Shown in pieces: positions 37,001-49,869 of a stretch of DNA of 64,000 bases. The stretch covers positions 13,764,001 to 13,828,000 of the forward strand of contig JBHGNT010000016.1 in assembly GCA_043228905.1 (NCBI GenBank), read 5' to 3'. Both the position numbers and the translations under genes were made by a program. Position 1 is the stretch's first letter. Each line of letters begins with the position of its first letter. This DNA is from Azolla caroliniana. Its lineage: Eukaryota > Plantae > Polypodiophyta. Under the pieces are notes generated by a model. The model did no database searches. It was not told the origin of the DNA and was given only the letters and a program-made list of their open reading frames with translations.

Positions 37001-37640
37001 CCCTCAGTCCTTCAGGGTACGGCTGAAGGACATTGTAGTGCAGAGAATGGAGAGTGTATACAGTCTATCACAAATCGTTGTGAGTGTATTACGTCGCCTA
37101 GTGTAATCGGAGGGGAAAGAGTATTCGGGAGATGGCTACAACCGATCTCCTTCGCACAATGTGCCACCTTTACACAAACACGCTTACGCAATTGCCACAC
37201 ACAGAGAATACGTAAAGAAGAACACTCAGACACAACAAGTCAGAAACAATACGACTATATTTCAAAGATTACCCAAATAACTACACTACCCTTTACAAGT
37301 TTTCCATGCCTTTTATATACAGGGTCATGGTTGGTTACGCTTGGCACGTGAGCCAACATGCGTTCAAAAATTCTTCATTCTAACGCTTCGTCCTCATCAT
37401 TATGCTACGGATGGTTCTGACTCCACTCCTTCCCTTTCTTCTACCTTTTCCCACTTAGGCCAACTTAGACGAACAACAACCAAAAATCGATTTTTAGAAA
37501 ATAGACTAATCGACAATCGATCTATAATCGACTCGGCTAGTATCTGAATCGGTCAAAGCCGAATTGAGAGACTATATTTGTAAATAGTCTAAATGTACCC
37601 TTAGTGGGTCATATTTATAAATAGCCCTGAATATTAGTAT
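34040..37640 (-). mobile_element. Degenerate Athila-like gypsy element (5' LTR from 36973, PBS, PR-RT-RH-INT; gag deleted)
   Basis: PBS-like TGGCATGCC at 36960-36968 (minus). Motifs VVPKKNGK, FLDGFSGY, WHYLLGRKF, PFQKWGLDF and DYCTKWVEAK are colinear with the pol at 54169-57198. Confidence 0.87.
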
Positions 37641-38548
37641 TGTGAAATGCACATAAGAGATGAAAACCAGCCTAGTTAGCTTCTTACTTCTTAGTCAATT
37701 TATAGTTGATACAAAGGTACCCATTTGGGTTGGCTTAGCTAAAAAGGGTGTGCTAAAAGGATGGGTCGGCTTAGGTACATGCATCCTAAAAAGGGTGTGC
37801 TAAAAGGGTGGCACAAAGGAACACATGCACACCACATTTCCCCCCAAAGAGAAACAAGAGACTAAGGAGCAGGAACAGGAACAGAAACAATGGCTTGTCA
37901 TAGGAACAATAGCAGTAGCTTGTTGAAGGAGGGGGATCATCTGTTGGAGATAGAGCCCCCAAGTGGCACTATCCATGTTGGCCGGGTTGGAATGGACGTC
38001 AATAGACGATTCTTGTGGGAGGCGAGGGTCACGCCCATAGAGTGCTCGAAAAGGGTTGAGTCGTGCGGCCATCTCTTGCTTGAGGGTCTTGTTGAGGTGT
38101 TCGGTGAGGTCATTTGTCTGAGGATGGTATGGGGATGTAAACATCTGCTGGACAACTAGTTGAGTTGCAACAGCATTGAGGACATCCCTGTGGAACTATC
38201 GACACTGATAGTTGGACAGGGCTAGTGATGGAAAACGAGCTAGCAATTGGCGGATAAAGATCAATCGCTTTTGTGGACTGTGGGCCACCTAGACATGGCT
38301 AAGATGGGGGATAGGAGGGCTATAGGTGGATAGAGATCAATCGCTCCTGTGGACTAAGGGCCACTTGGAGGTAGCTGAGGTAGGGAACAGGAGGGGTATC
38401 GTGTAGGAGGGGGATCAGAGAAACTCATGGGACAAGAAGTTAACAGGCAACCTAAGGTGAGGGGGAAGAGGTGGACGCTTGGATGTGGGGGATTGGTACC
38501 CCGATTCTCCACCAATATGTGAAATGCACTATTACCCGGATGAGGGGT
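37641..38548 (-). mobile_element. Small deleted gypsy element with a tRNA-Ala-type PBS
   Basis: LTR 37641-37836 and a second LTR edge TGTGAAATGCAC at 38518. PPT GGGGGGAAA at 37837-37845. PBS TGGTGGAGAATCGGGGTA at ~38497-38514. Integrase remnant FTSPYHPQTNDLTEHLNKTL..PFRALYGRDPRLP. Confidence 0.7.
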
Positions 38549-41500
38549 TGTTAGACAAGTGTAGAAGCGTCAGAGTCAGAGTTAGGGTCAGATCGACGAT
38601 GAGGATCGATGAGTCAACATTTGGCCGAAAAAATAAATTACCAAATATTAAGTTAGTTATAAGTTGTGTAGTTCTTGCCGGTAAGGAAATATGTATTTCT
38701 TGATGAGAAAGCCTAAATATGGTTACCTATAAAAGGAACCGAAGGCATTGTAAAAAGGTTGTCTGTTTTAGTTAATATAGTTTTGTTAGTTGTAGAACTC
38801 TGAGCACTGGTGTGGACATTTTGTAAATCTATATGTTGTTCTGTTATATCTATACTAACTAACAGAACCGATCACGATACAAAATATCATATCGTAGTAC
38901 ATGATTAATAGAGTCTAATCCATTCGTACTCTACAATTCTTTGATAGAATGTTCGGAGTATAACGCTCGTATATACTGAGTTTCGGTGACAGAGTTGAGT
39001 GCCGACTGAACAATTACAATATAATTTTGGCACACCCAATTACATCTGCAATTAGCAGAGAACAAGTCGAATGGATGTCGTCGTCTGGTCCGGATACACT
39101 ATTCGATCGTAAACGTCCTCGTACACGTTCGATTATAAAGCGTGTCGAAGAGGATTCTGCTGCAGTGGTACAGCCAGAAACAAGTCGGAGGTGGTCTTCA
39201 GTTCCCGACTTAACTCACAACCAATCAGACGAAGATCATTTTACGATATATGGAGTGAAAACAATATGTCTTACCCTTACTTGAAATTTTGAGAAGGCGC
39301 TGATGCAGAAGCGCATATTAGGGATTTCTTGACAACATGGGAAATAAACCATGGAGCTCAGCGACTATCGGCCGCAGGCGGGGATAAGTCTAAAATAGCT
39401 GAGTTTGTTTTGTCATTAGATGGCTCGTCGGCAAATTGGTTTGCTCAGAATAGTTTCCGAGCGTTCGAAACATTCGAACAATTAACCAAAAAATTTCTTC
39501 AATTGTTTCATTGACAGATTCCTCAGAAGGATCTGATAGCTCAATTTTATTCTTTGTATCAAGAACCCAATGAAACGGTGTTACAATTTGTCATTCGATT
39601 TCAGAATCTACAACTATAAATTTCCAGGCCAGTTCCAGATCACGAACTAATGGATATCTTTTTAGAGGCAATTCGTGAACCACTACGAACAACACTAGCG
39701 GTGTTTGATTTCCGAAATCAGTCAATTGAGCAAGTGATTGATAAGGCCACTACTATGGGTTGAAATCCAAAAAATATAAAAAATATGGATATGTTGGCAT
39801 TACACCATACTCTGCCGACTCTAGAAGAGTTACAATTTCGACAAGCAATACAATGTACCACTTGTCTTAATACTGGGCATTCGACTATAGAGTGCAGTTT
39901 GCGTACTCATTGCACAATCTGTAACTCTAAAGCTCATTCCTTGGAACAATGTGAATATAATTTGCTTAATAAAGCGACGGTGCCTGTACGACAAATTTAT
40001 CCAAAAAATGGTTACCAAGATAACCGTAACAGGTTCAACAACAGGTATCAGGAGGAAGACCATTATGATAATCAGAATTATTTGGCGGGGCGACCGAATA
40101 ATGATTGGAATGAGTACAAGCAGAATAATAATAATGATTCAAGCCGTGAGGAAGATCGATAGTATGAGTATCGCCAGAATCGCGATCAGGATTTTTCACC
40201 ACCTTGGGATAATGGCCGCCAACAACATAAAGGAGGTCGTTATCAAAATAAACAAAACTGACCAAACAACAAAAAAATTTACAAGCCAAAAGCATCGAGA
40301 CAATTTTAGCATGATTCTCAAAGAGAAGAACAAGATTTCAATAACGATAGACATCCACAATATGAACAAGGAGAAGCCAACGGTTCATCCATTCCTAATT
40401 GCTATATTTGCAGGAAGGATGGACATTATGCAAATCAATGTCCGACTAAAGCCAAAGGAAAAGAACCTATTGTCAATATGGTGGTTCCAGAAATTCAGCA
40501 GGTCACTACCAGAAGTAAGGGTAAACAATCAGAATGGGAAATCCAAGGAGCCGTTAGAAAAGCAGCCAAAGAATGGGTTGAAAAAGCAAATAAAAATAAT
40601 GTGTCCAGAATGTTGCAGGATAATGAGATAAACCAAGTAAACGAACAACCCGGAGCAGTACCAATGCAGGAAAATGACGAAGGTTGGAAAATCTTGGCGG
40701 ATTGTCAAGTTTCATTACCCTTAACTGGGTTACTGAAATTGGTTCCACAGTTCACCGAGAAAGTGGCAACTTTGATTGCCCAAAAAGGGTTAGAACATGT
40801 CTCAATTAATTATAATCACCCAAGTAATAGTCGGACAATTACGGATGAGTAAAATCCATCAATAAGAGTAATCATCCATGGACAAGAAATAAAGAGGACT
40901 ATTGTAGATGACGGACGAGGAGTAAATGTAATCAATAAAACTACCTGTGACAAGCTTGGTATTACTAAATGGGAAGCATGTCCATTCTGGTTACGAATGG
41001 CCAATACCAATACGGTACAACCACTCGGCTTAATTAGGCATTTAGATGTCATTTTAGGGGGACATACTTTTCAAATATCGGCAGTAGTGCTTCATTTGGA
41101 GGCTCTTGGCGCATATCCTTTGTTAGTAGGCCGACCATGGTTAAAGACTGCAAATATTAAGCAAAACTTGAATCAGAACTTATTAACATTTCGGAAAGGT
41201 AAGAATAAAATTTGGGTGCCCACTCAAAGTAAGATTAGTACAAGTCAGCAATGTCTGTCGGTTCATGCAGAAGTAGTCAATATGATGGAGGGATTAGATG
41301 AAGCTAGGAGAATAATTACTTTAATGATATTTGAGGTCGACATATTACAAGCTCTTACATCATATGTCGACACACAGGATGACTTACCAATTGATGATCA
41401 AACAATGAAAGAAATCCGCCTTCACTAGGAAGCTACAGAAAAGGAAACGAAAGTATCAGAACGAGTTCAAGTTTCGGCATTGGAGGAGGTCAATTTAGCT

Positions 41501-41612
41501 GATGAAGACAACACGCTTGAACCAAAAACAATATTGATAGCCAAGGAAATGTTGATATCTTACAAACAACGATTAATCGGCTTACTCAAACAATATAAGG
41601 ATGTCTTCGCTT
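38549..41612 (+). mobile_element. 5' half of an Athila-like gypsy element (LTR, PBS-Arg, gag, protease), truncated at the start of RT
   Basis: LTR ~38549-39018 is related to the TRIM LTR at 5879. PBS TGGCACACCC at 39028-39037. Gag QCTTCLNTGH..CTICNSKAH and CYICRKDGHYANQC. Protease-region YPLLVGRPWL. Ends at YKDVFA. Confidence 0.87.
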
Positions 41613-44600
41613 GAGCATTAGCATGGTTTGCACCACTTCTCGAGAAGAAATCACCGTTGCTGGAGGATTTTGAAGCATTTGTTAAGGAGTTTCAAGCTAG
41701 TTTCGGAGACACCGACAGCACTAGGATGGCGATAAACAAGATTCGAAGCCTCCGACAAGGAGATCGTCTCGCGTCGGCTTACGCAACTGGTTTCCGTCTT
41801 TTGGCATGCGATATCCCTTGGGATAAGGCGGCCTTAATGGATCAATTCCATCAACGTTTGCGTAATGATGTCAAAGATCTTCTTCTTACTTTCCATGAAG
41901 ATCCGAAGTCTCTAACAGAGGCCATTAGTCGAGCCGTGCGATGTGATAATCTCCTATTTGAGCGACGCTCTGAGCGCCAACAAATGTTACGTCGCCAGCC
42001 AAAACAGATGTATGCTTCTGTAGTCGCAACGCCTCCACAAGTTTCCAGACCCATTACAAGGGATGGCCCAACTCCGATGGAAATAGAGACAACAGAACGT
42101 CGAGGGCCTTTATCAGATACTGAGAAGCAATGACGTTGAGCGCACCACCTATGCCCATATTGTGACGGTCAAAGACATATAGCTGTGAATTGTCCACATA
42201 AACCTAGACATCAAGTATAACAAGTAAGTGCACATGACATCCCTACTTCGAGTTCCATTGTTACTTCTAATAACATAAATAAGCCTAATAGTCCATGCCA
42301 TGAGAATAGATTCGATGTCTTGAGCCAATTAGAGGATGTGTTAAATGAGTAAGTCCGGCCAAAATAGGAGCCATTTGGTTGGACCATCCTAGATACGTAG
42401 AGTTAGTTCCTAGTTGTGGTTCCATTTCATCGAGTCAAGTGAGTAGAGTTTTTTCTGCACAAGTTGAGCTTACCACATCTACATGTCATCGAGTCCTAGC
42501 CTCTGCCCTCCTAGATTTTGGAGCCAACTCTTGTTTCATGGATCGTGAATTTGCATTGTCACAAAACACTCTTTTGAATATACTCCCGAACCCAGTAGCC
42601 GTAGGAGTCATTGATGGTCATCCCATAGCATCAGGTGATATAGTCGAGGAGTCTGAGCCAATTCGTATAGTTCTTGGCGATTTGGCAAGCATAATATCTT
42701 TCAACATTATTTCCAGTTCGGAACACCCAATATTTCTAGGTCTCCGTTGGTTTGAACTCCATAACCCAAAGATTGATTGGATGAAAAGGACAATTGAAGA
42801 GACCCAGGAAGAAAGAACAAAGTGTGCATCCCTCAACTCTCCAACACTTGATACTAGATCCCATAAGTTATCAACCATCTCTTTACGCCAATTACGTGAG
42901 GAAGGGGGGACCGAGGATATGTTCGTATTTGCAATAGTAGCAACTCCATCATCTACCTTACATGAAGGGGACATTAAACTACCAGAGAAATACAAAGAGT
43001 TCTCCGAAGTCTTTGATAAGGTGAAAGCCAATGTCTTTGATAAGGTGAAAGCCAATGTCTTTGATAAGGTGAAAGCCAATACATTGTCAGAGCATCAGCC
43101 ATACGACTTCCTTATTGATTTACAACCAGGGAAAGAACCTCCATGTGGCCCAATTTATAATCTCTCCCTTGTAGAGCTAGAGACTTTGCAAGAATATATC
43201 AACAAGAATCTCCCAAATGGATTCATTCGGCATTCTAGATCCCCTGTTGGTGCACCTATCTTCTTCGTTAAGAAAAACAATGGTCTCTTCGGTTGGTCGT
43301 GGATTATCGAGGGTTAAACAAAGTGACCATCTGAAATAGATATGCTCTACCATTAATCCCAAATCTTTTGAAACGTCTTAGTGGAGCAAAATATTTCACT
43401 AAATTGGACCTTCGTTGTGCATATAATCTAGTTCGGATTCATCCGGGGGATGAATGGAAGATTTCTTTTCGCACTCACTATGGACATTTTGAGTATACTG
43501 TGATGCCATTCGGTCTCACGAATGCACCTGCAGTTTTCCAGCTATGGCGAATGATATTTTTCGAGATTTTCTCGATATCTTCACTATAGTTTACGTAGAT
43601 GAAATTTTGATCTACTCGATGACCCAAAAGGAGCATGATGAACATGTTAATCAGGTACTACATCGACTACGAGAATATGGTCTCTATGCAAAATTAGAAA
43701 AGTGTAGTTTCAGCCAAAATCAAGTGGAATTTTTGGGGTATGTTGTATCATCAAATGGTATTTCTATGGACCCCATGAAGGTTCAAGCAATTTTAGAGTG
43801 GCAGATGCCCGTTTCAATGCGCGATGTGCAATGTTTTCTTGGGTTTGCGAACTTTTATCAGAAATTTATTAAAAATTATTCTAAGTTCATGCTTCTGCTC
43901 AATCAACTCACACACAAAAGTCAACCATTCATATGGAGTTCAAATGCAGCTGAGGCATTTGAAAGTTTAAAACGGGCGTTTACAACGACACCTATTTTAG
44001 CACATGTCGACCCAACAAAACGCTTCATCCTTGAAGTTGATGCATCCAATTTTGCACTAGGAAGTGTCCTATCGCAAATTGGAGATGACGGAGAGCTATA
44101 CCCTGTCACCTTTCATTCCCGAAAGTTTGAAGCTACAAAGATCAACTCCGAGATCCATGATAAAAGAACTTCTTGCAATCATGGATTCTTTTCAACAATG
44201 GCGACATTTTCTAGACGGCTCTTCTCAGTAGATCATTGTGTACAATGATCATAAGAACCTGACATATTTTCAAAATGCTCGAGTCTTGAGTCGACGACAA
44301 GCCCAGTGGGCGCAATTTTTGACCCACTTCGACTTTGTAATCATATATCGCCCTAGGATGCAGCAAGGCAAACCATATGAGCTTTCTCGACGCTCTTATA
44401 TGGAACTTCGTCCAGGGGAACCTACGTTTGAGCATCAAAAATAAATCCTTTTGGGTCCTAATCGCCTACAATTAATGGTAGTTAATGTCATAACAACACT
44501 TGAAGATTCCACTCTTCTTGATTCCGTTCGAGATCATATGGCCACTGATGAATTCGCCAAGGATGTTTTGGATCATATTGTCCTAGATCGTGCTTCTTGC

Positions 44601-44865
44601 TCGCAGTCGAAAACCCTTCATAATGATTATCGTCAGTTCTATTGGCATGGTGGTTTTCTATTTAGACAAAACCTATTGTATGTTCCTGATGGTCCCCCGC
44701 GACTACAAGTTTTACAACACTGCCATGACTCACCAATGGCTGGACATTTTGGAGTACGCAAAACTCTAGAATTAATTTCTTGACAATATTGGCGGCCTCG
44801 CCTTCGTCATTTTGTTGAGGAGTATGTTCGCAGATGTGATACATGTTGTTGATCAAAGAGTCCTC
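41613..44865 (+). mobile_element. Chromovirus (Tcn1-like) Ty3/gypsy internal region: gag, PR, RT, RH, start of INT
   Basis: Motifs [63 protein letters not shown] and HCHDSPMAGHFG. A 24-bp triplication encodes VFDKVKAN x3 (~43009-43080). Confidence 0.9.
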
Positions 44866-45141
44866 TGAAGAGAAATGCGCAAAATATCGCTCGGCCAGAA
44901 CCGAGTAGTAAAACACTTCTATAAGAATCAAACACAAAAATAGGAAGTGGAGAGTACACAAGAAAAATGACACAGGATATTTACGTGGAAAACCCTAATA
45001 GGAAAAACCACGGGAGCCCACAAACTCCAAACTATCACTATGAAGAGAAGGGGTACAATCAGAGACTCAGAACAACGACCTCGAGCTCTGTTTCTTCACA
45101 CAGTGGCGGTTACAACAAAGTATCGCTCTCTCCCTCTCCCT

Positions 45142-45172
<31 letters not shown>

Positions 45173-45423
45173 CCTCTCTCTCTCTCCCTCTCTCTCTCCC
45201 TCTCTCTCTCTCCCTCTCTCTCTCTGTACAATAGTTACAGCAATATGACAACAACACAAAACATACTCACACACACTAAAGTGATTGCCCTAACTCATAT
45301 TTATAGTTATTTGAACTTAGGGCTATTTACAAATATAACCTCAATGGGCTTATTCAAGGCATATTTACAAATCTATCTTCTCTTCCAGTTCTCACTAGGT
45401 CCACCGATCCGGTTTCTGGATCT
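44866..45423 (-). mobile_element. Part of a copia LTR, interrupted by the Athila-like element
   Basis: GATATTTACGTGGAAAACCC...AAAAACCACGG matches the U5 motif of the other copia LTRs. CT microsatellite at 45126-45224. Confidence 0.7.
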
Positions 45424-45925
45424 TGTTAATCCTTAGGGCTGGAAAATGGCCTAACACAGGGTGTCTCCTGAAGACACTTCACCAAAGGGGTGTTACGGCG
45501 AGATAACTTAAGACACAAGGATTAATTCGACTTAATTGGCTACTTAGCAATAAGGCATTCACTTAATACACACGTAAGATATAACAATTAATACAGAATG
45601 GTAATCAATATGTGAAGATAAAACAAGAAGCTTATATTAATTCTCCATTAAAGTTATACATTGTAACCGGGCCTTTATATAGGTCACCGGTGCTGCGTAC
45701 AAAACAGTGCCAACCGGCACCTGTTCGAAACCGGTCCGGATCCGGATCGGCATACCAATTCCGGTTCGTCCATTCACTACATAATTATAATCTACTTTAC
45801 TTAATTAAAATATATTCCGAAAAACCATCCCTTTCACATTCTGGTCTCTGCTCCTTTGCCGGCCGGGTAACACATGGCACGCCCGTGGGACAGTACCTTG
45901 TACGTCGAATCCCACTATCCGGCCC

Positions 45926-48880
45926 TTAGCCTTCATCCAAGATATCCAGAATACTCTGCACTAGGGTATCCAATGGTTGTTCGGAACTCTGTTGTTGTTG
46001 TTGCTACTATTGTTGTTGTGGCTGCTGTTGTGGCTGCTGTTGCTACGGTTGCGGCTGTTGTTGTGGCTCCGGCTCCTCCGACTATTGCTTCTTAGATGGC
46101 GTCTTTTCGGCTCGCGGTACCAGTGGTTGTGGCGGTGATTCCTTCGTTACTTGCTCCGCCGGATTTGACTCCGGTTGACTTGCCCCGGAATTGTCTCCGT
46201 TCGGTCCTTGCTCCGGTGATGGCTACTCATCGCTGAGGTTGACGATCGCCGCCTGCTTTGCTTCTTCTCTCCGTAGCCTGGTTCGTTCATAGCTTTCAAC
46301 TGGATTTGAGCATCCAATCGATCATCATCTAGCTGTGCTACAAGTTGTCAGACCACTGCTGACTGCTCCTCTGCCAGAGTTACAAAATCTTCGGCTAACT
46401 CATCTTTTACGGCGGTGAAGTCCTCCTTCGTTAGGATGTAGCAGTCGTCGCCATCCTTCTGCCGGTTTTCCGTGTCCGCCCGTAGCAGCTGGAGCTCGGT
46501 TGTGTGCTTTGCCCATTTGTCCCACCATTGCACGGAGCTCTCGTCAATCAAGCGTTTGGTCTTGTTTCTCCATGCCTGGACAATGAACTGGATCCACTCC
46601 AATCCCATCTTTGATTTGTCCTCTGCGGCTTGTCGTTCGTCCTTCAACTACTTGATCAGTGCCACCGTATCCACCTCCTGCTCCCGGTAATGTGACAATT
46701 GGGTTTGATAGGTGTTCTGCAGCCTTTGCAAGACCATTGTTTCTTTCCTTCTCTTCATAATGTTGCTTATGGAGCTCCATCCGTTCTTGCGTGGCTTCCT
46801 CCAACAACGTGGTTCCTTCAGCCCGTTCCTCCGCTAGCGCTATCTCAACTTGATGCACCTCCTGCCGGAGTTTGGCTATCTTTTCCTGCTGTTTCTTGTG
46901 CTCCGTATCCAGGTGCTTGTAGTCCCGGTGCAGGTGCTCAAAATCATCGGTCTTCTGCTTCAGCTTTTGGTTGAGTTGTCGGTGAGCGCGGTCTTCCCGA
47001 TCCTTCTGTTGACGGAGTTCTTCTTTAAGTCTTTCGATCTCTATTTCCGCCATCCGTCGGAGCTTCTCCTTTTCTTGCAGTGCCTTCTCTTTCTCCTCCT
47101 TCAGCTAGTCATAGGCCTAATGCCCTTTCCGCAGATTCTCTTATGCCCGACGGAGGTTCTCAACAGTCTTTCGTTGCTCTTCTTCTGCCGCTTTCTTCAA
47201 GTCCCGCTCTCGGGTGCGTAATGCTTCCTGTGCGGCCACTTCATCTCTTAATTCAGCAAGCTCTTTTGCTTACACTGCCATTATCTTCGGGATTGGTTCC
47301 GTCTCCGGGGTCTTATTGTTATGTACAGGTACCGATGCTTCTTTATTCTGTACATCTACCAGAGTCACTAGTGCTTGGAGCTGTGGTCCGGTTAAGGCCA
47401 TTTTGGCCAATTCTTCTGTGGTCAGGTCCAAGTCTTGTTCTAGGCTCCGGATCCTTGATCGGGCCGTCTCTAGTTCTCCGGTTGTGACAAGCAACCGGTC
47501 CATTTGCGCTTTCTCTTCCGCCTCTATGTAGTGTACCACTCCAACAATCTGTTCTCCAATCCACCGGAGCCATTGGCTGCCGGTGCCCTGTTGTTGCGTC
47601 TACCCGAAGGGTTGGCTGTTGGTGTCGCTGGCCAATGGTCGGTTTTGTCCGGTTGCGTTGAGCAGCAACTCTGGCTCTTGTTGGTGACCACTTTGCTATT
47701 GTGGTTGCGACTCCATTGGCCGCTCCGCCTCTGAATGTTCTTGGCCTGCCGATGGGGTAGGCAACTGTACTTCCGACGCTTGCATTTTGGGTCTTGCCGT
47801 ATCCTGACCCGCCGGTAGAGGTTGTTGTGCAGGGAGCTCTGTGATCGGTTCTATCCGAACTGGTTCCGGTTCCATCCTTGGTGCGGGCTGCTCAGTGCAG
47901 GGTACAGGCGCTCCATCCTTCTTTGGGTCCGAACGCTCCCCGGCATGTTCGGAGGTGCTTGCCTTCTAGCACCGTTGGAGGTGCTCTAACGGTTCCTCCT
48001 CCGCTTCCTCCTCCTAAGTCCCAATGTTAATTTTCGCTGCCAAGGGGTCCGACGCTTGTTGAACCGGTTGGCTAAGCCTGATCTTGATTGGCCGTACCGG
48101 TGGCTCCTCCTGCGTTTCCGCCTGCCGCTTCCTATTGGCGCGCTCCTTTGCCGCCTGGTCCATGCCGGCCGCCTTCCCTATGGTTGCCTTAGAAGCCAAC
48201 AGCTATTGCCATTTCGAGGCTGTTTTCGGGGTGCCTTCTGTTGTTCTTCCCCGCTTCGTGGTCTTGACGGGCTCGATAGGTGGTGCCAATAGGGTGAGCC
48301 ATTGCGCCACTGCCGTCCATATCTTTCGACCCGCCTTGCCTCTGACAGAGTCGGTGGCTGCACAGAGGCCATCCGCAATCAGTACCGCCCAATCCACCTT
48401 CACGCCTTCATATGTGGCTATGATTAAGCTGGCCCGGTTCTGAGGCATGCATGGGGGTCGAGGGTATACATGTCCAAATTCATGGAGCACCCGGGCAATC
48501 TCTCGAAAGAGTGGGTCTTCGTCGGCATGTGTCCGATAGGCCTTGCTGGCCAGAGAGTATTCCCCAAAATATTTTCAGAGTTGTTCCGGGGTAGGGTTGT
48601 CGATAGTGAAGATGCCCCCCTCCGGAAGGCCAATCAATGCATGGATGACCTCCTCCGTAATCAGCTCCGTGTCGATTTCTTTGACTATCTTCTCCGCCTC
48701 CCGGTACGGTGGCGCCTCCATGATTGTGAGGAAACCTTCTAACCCGTGTTGCCTTAGCCACTTCTTGGCTGCTTCAGAGAGTGCTTGGCAATCCATGGCT
48801 TCGTCGAGGTCGGTGAGCGCTGGTGACGGTTGTGTGTGAGGAGTCTCTGTGTGCGTGGGCTCGTGTCTGCTGATCTTCAA
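45926..48880 (-). pseudogene. Decayed ORF2 (extra ORF downstream of pol), homologous to 57947-61363
   Basis: ALSEAAKKWLRQHGLEGFL, RASLIIATYEGVKVDWAVLIADGL, AVAQWLTLLAPP and EIERLKEELRQQKDR align with ORF2 of the full-length element. Confidence 0.85.
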
Positions 48881-49869
48881 TCACCTGTTTGCATTTGTGC
48901 TCCTCTGTTCGCGAAATGTGAGGGTTTCTATGTGGCGGGGGTCTTCTTGTTGAATGTCGACGCTTGTTTTTTTCTTACCCGCACGTGTGCATGTCATGTA
49001 CTAAAATAGAATGGCGTGTCATGTGGCGGTGGTTTAATACCCTATGAATAGCCCACTACGTACCTTTTCAAAGTGCCTGTTCACTCCTTGTTTTTGCATG
49101 TGTCCGTTCACCCCTCGCCCTTGCATGATTTACTTCGATTTGAATTTTTATTTTTTATTTTTTTGTATTAAATTGTTTTGCTAATTCGCAACCGGTCCCA
49201 CTGGACCCCTATCCGGATTGTGGTCCTTGCCGGCCGCTGGACCGCTTGCCGTCGCTTCCGACTTACCGGTGTCGGGTTCTGTGTCGCCCTTCACTTGTTC
49301 AATTGGGTTTCTTGGCATGGGTCCATTGTATGTTTTGAGTCGGAACCCATTGACCCATTTACCCAAAACCTCACCGGCGAGTGTCCCTAATTGGTAGGAA
49401 CCGTTGAACTCACGCGTAATCCAGTATCGTCCGGTCCACCGAAACCGTAGCTTTCTCGGCATCATACCCATCCGGGTCTGGAACACGAGTACCGGCTTAC
49501 CGATTCCGAACATCTTTTCGTTCCCTTTTCGGTGACGATCCACGAACGCTTTCCTTCACCACTGCTCTAGTTCTAGCTGCATGATGCTGGCTAGCCGGTG
49601 TTCTTCCAATTCGCACAACGCGTTTAACCGGATAACTTCCAATTCCTTCTCATTTAGGCGTTCCCGAATCTGTATTCGTAAACTCGGTACCTGGAACTCT
49701 ACCGGCATCACTGCTTCCAATCCGAATGCTAGGCGGAACGGTGTTGTGCGAATACTTGTCTTATATGCCGTTCGGTAGGCCCAAAGTGCACTGTGCAGCT
49801 TTGTATCCCAATCCGTCCGGTTCTCATTGACGATTTTTTGCAGGATATTTTGTAGTGTTTTATTTGTTG

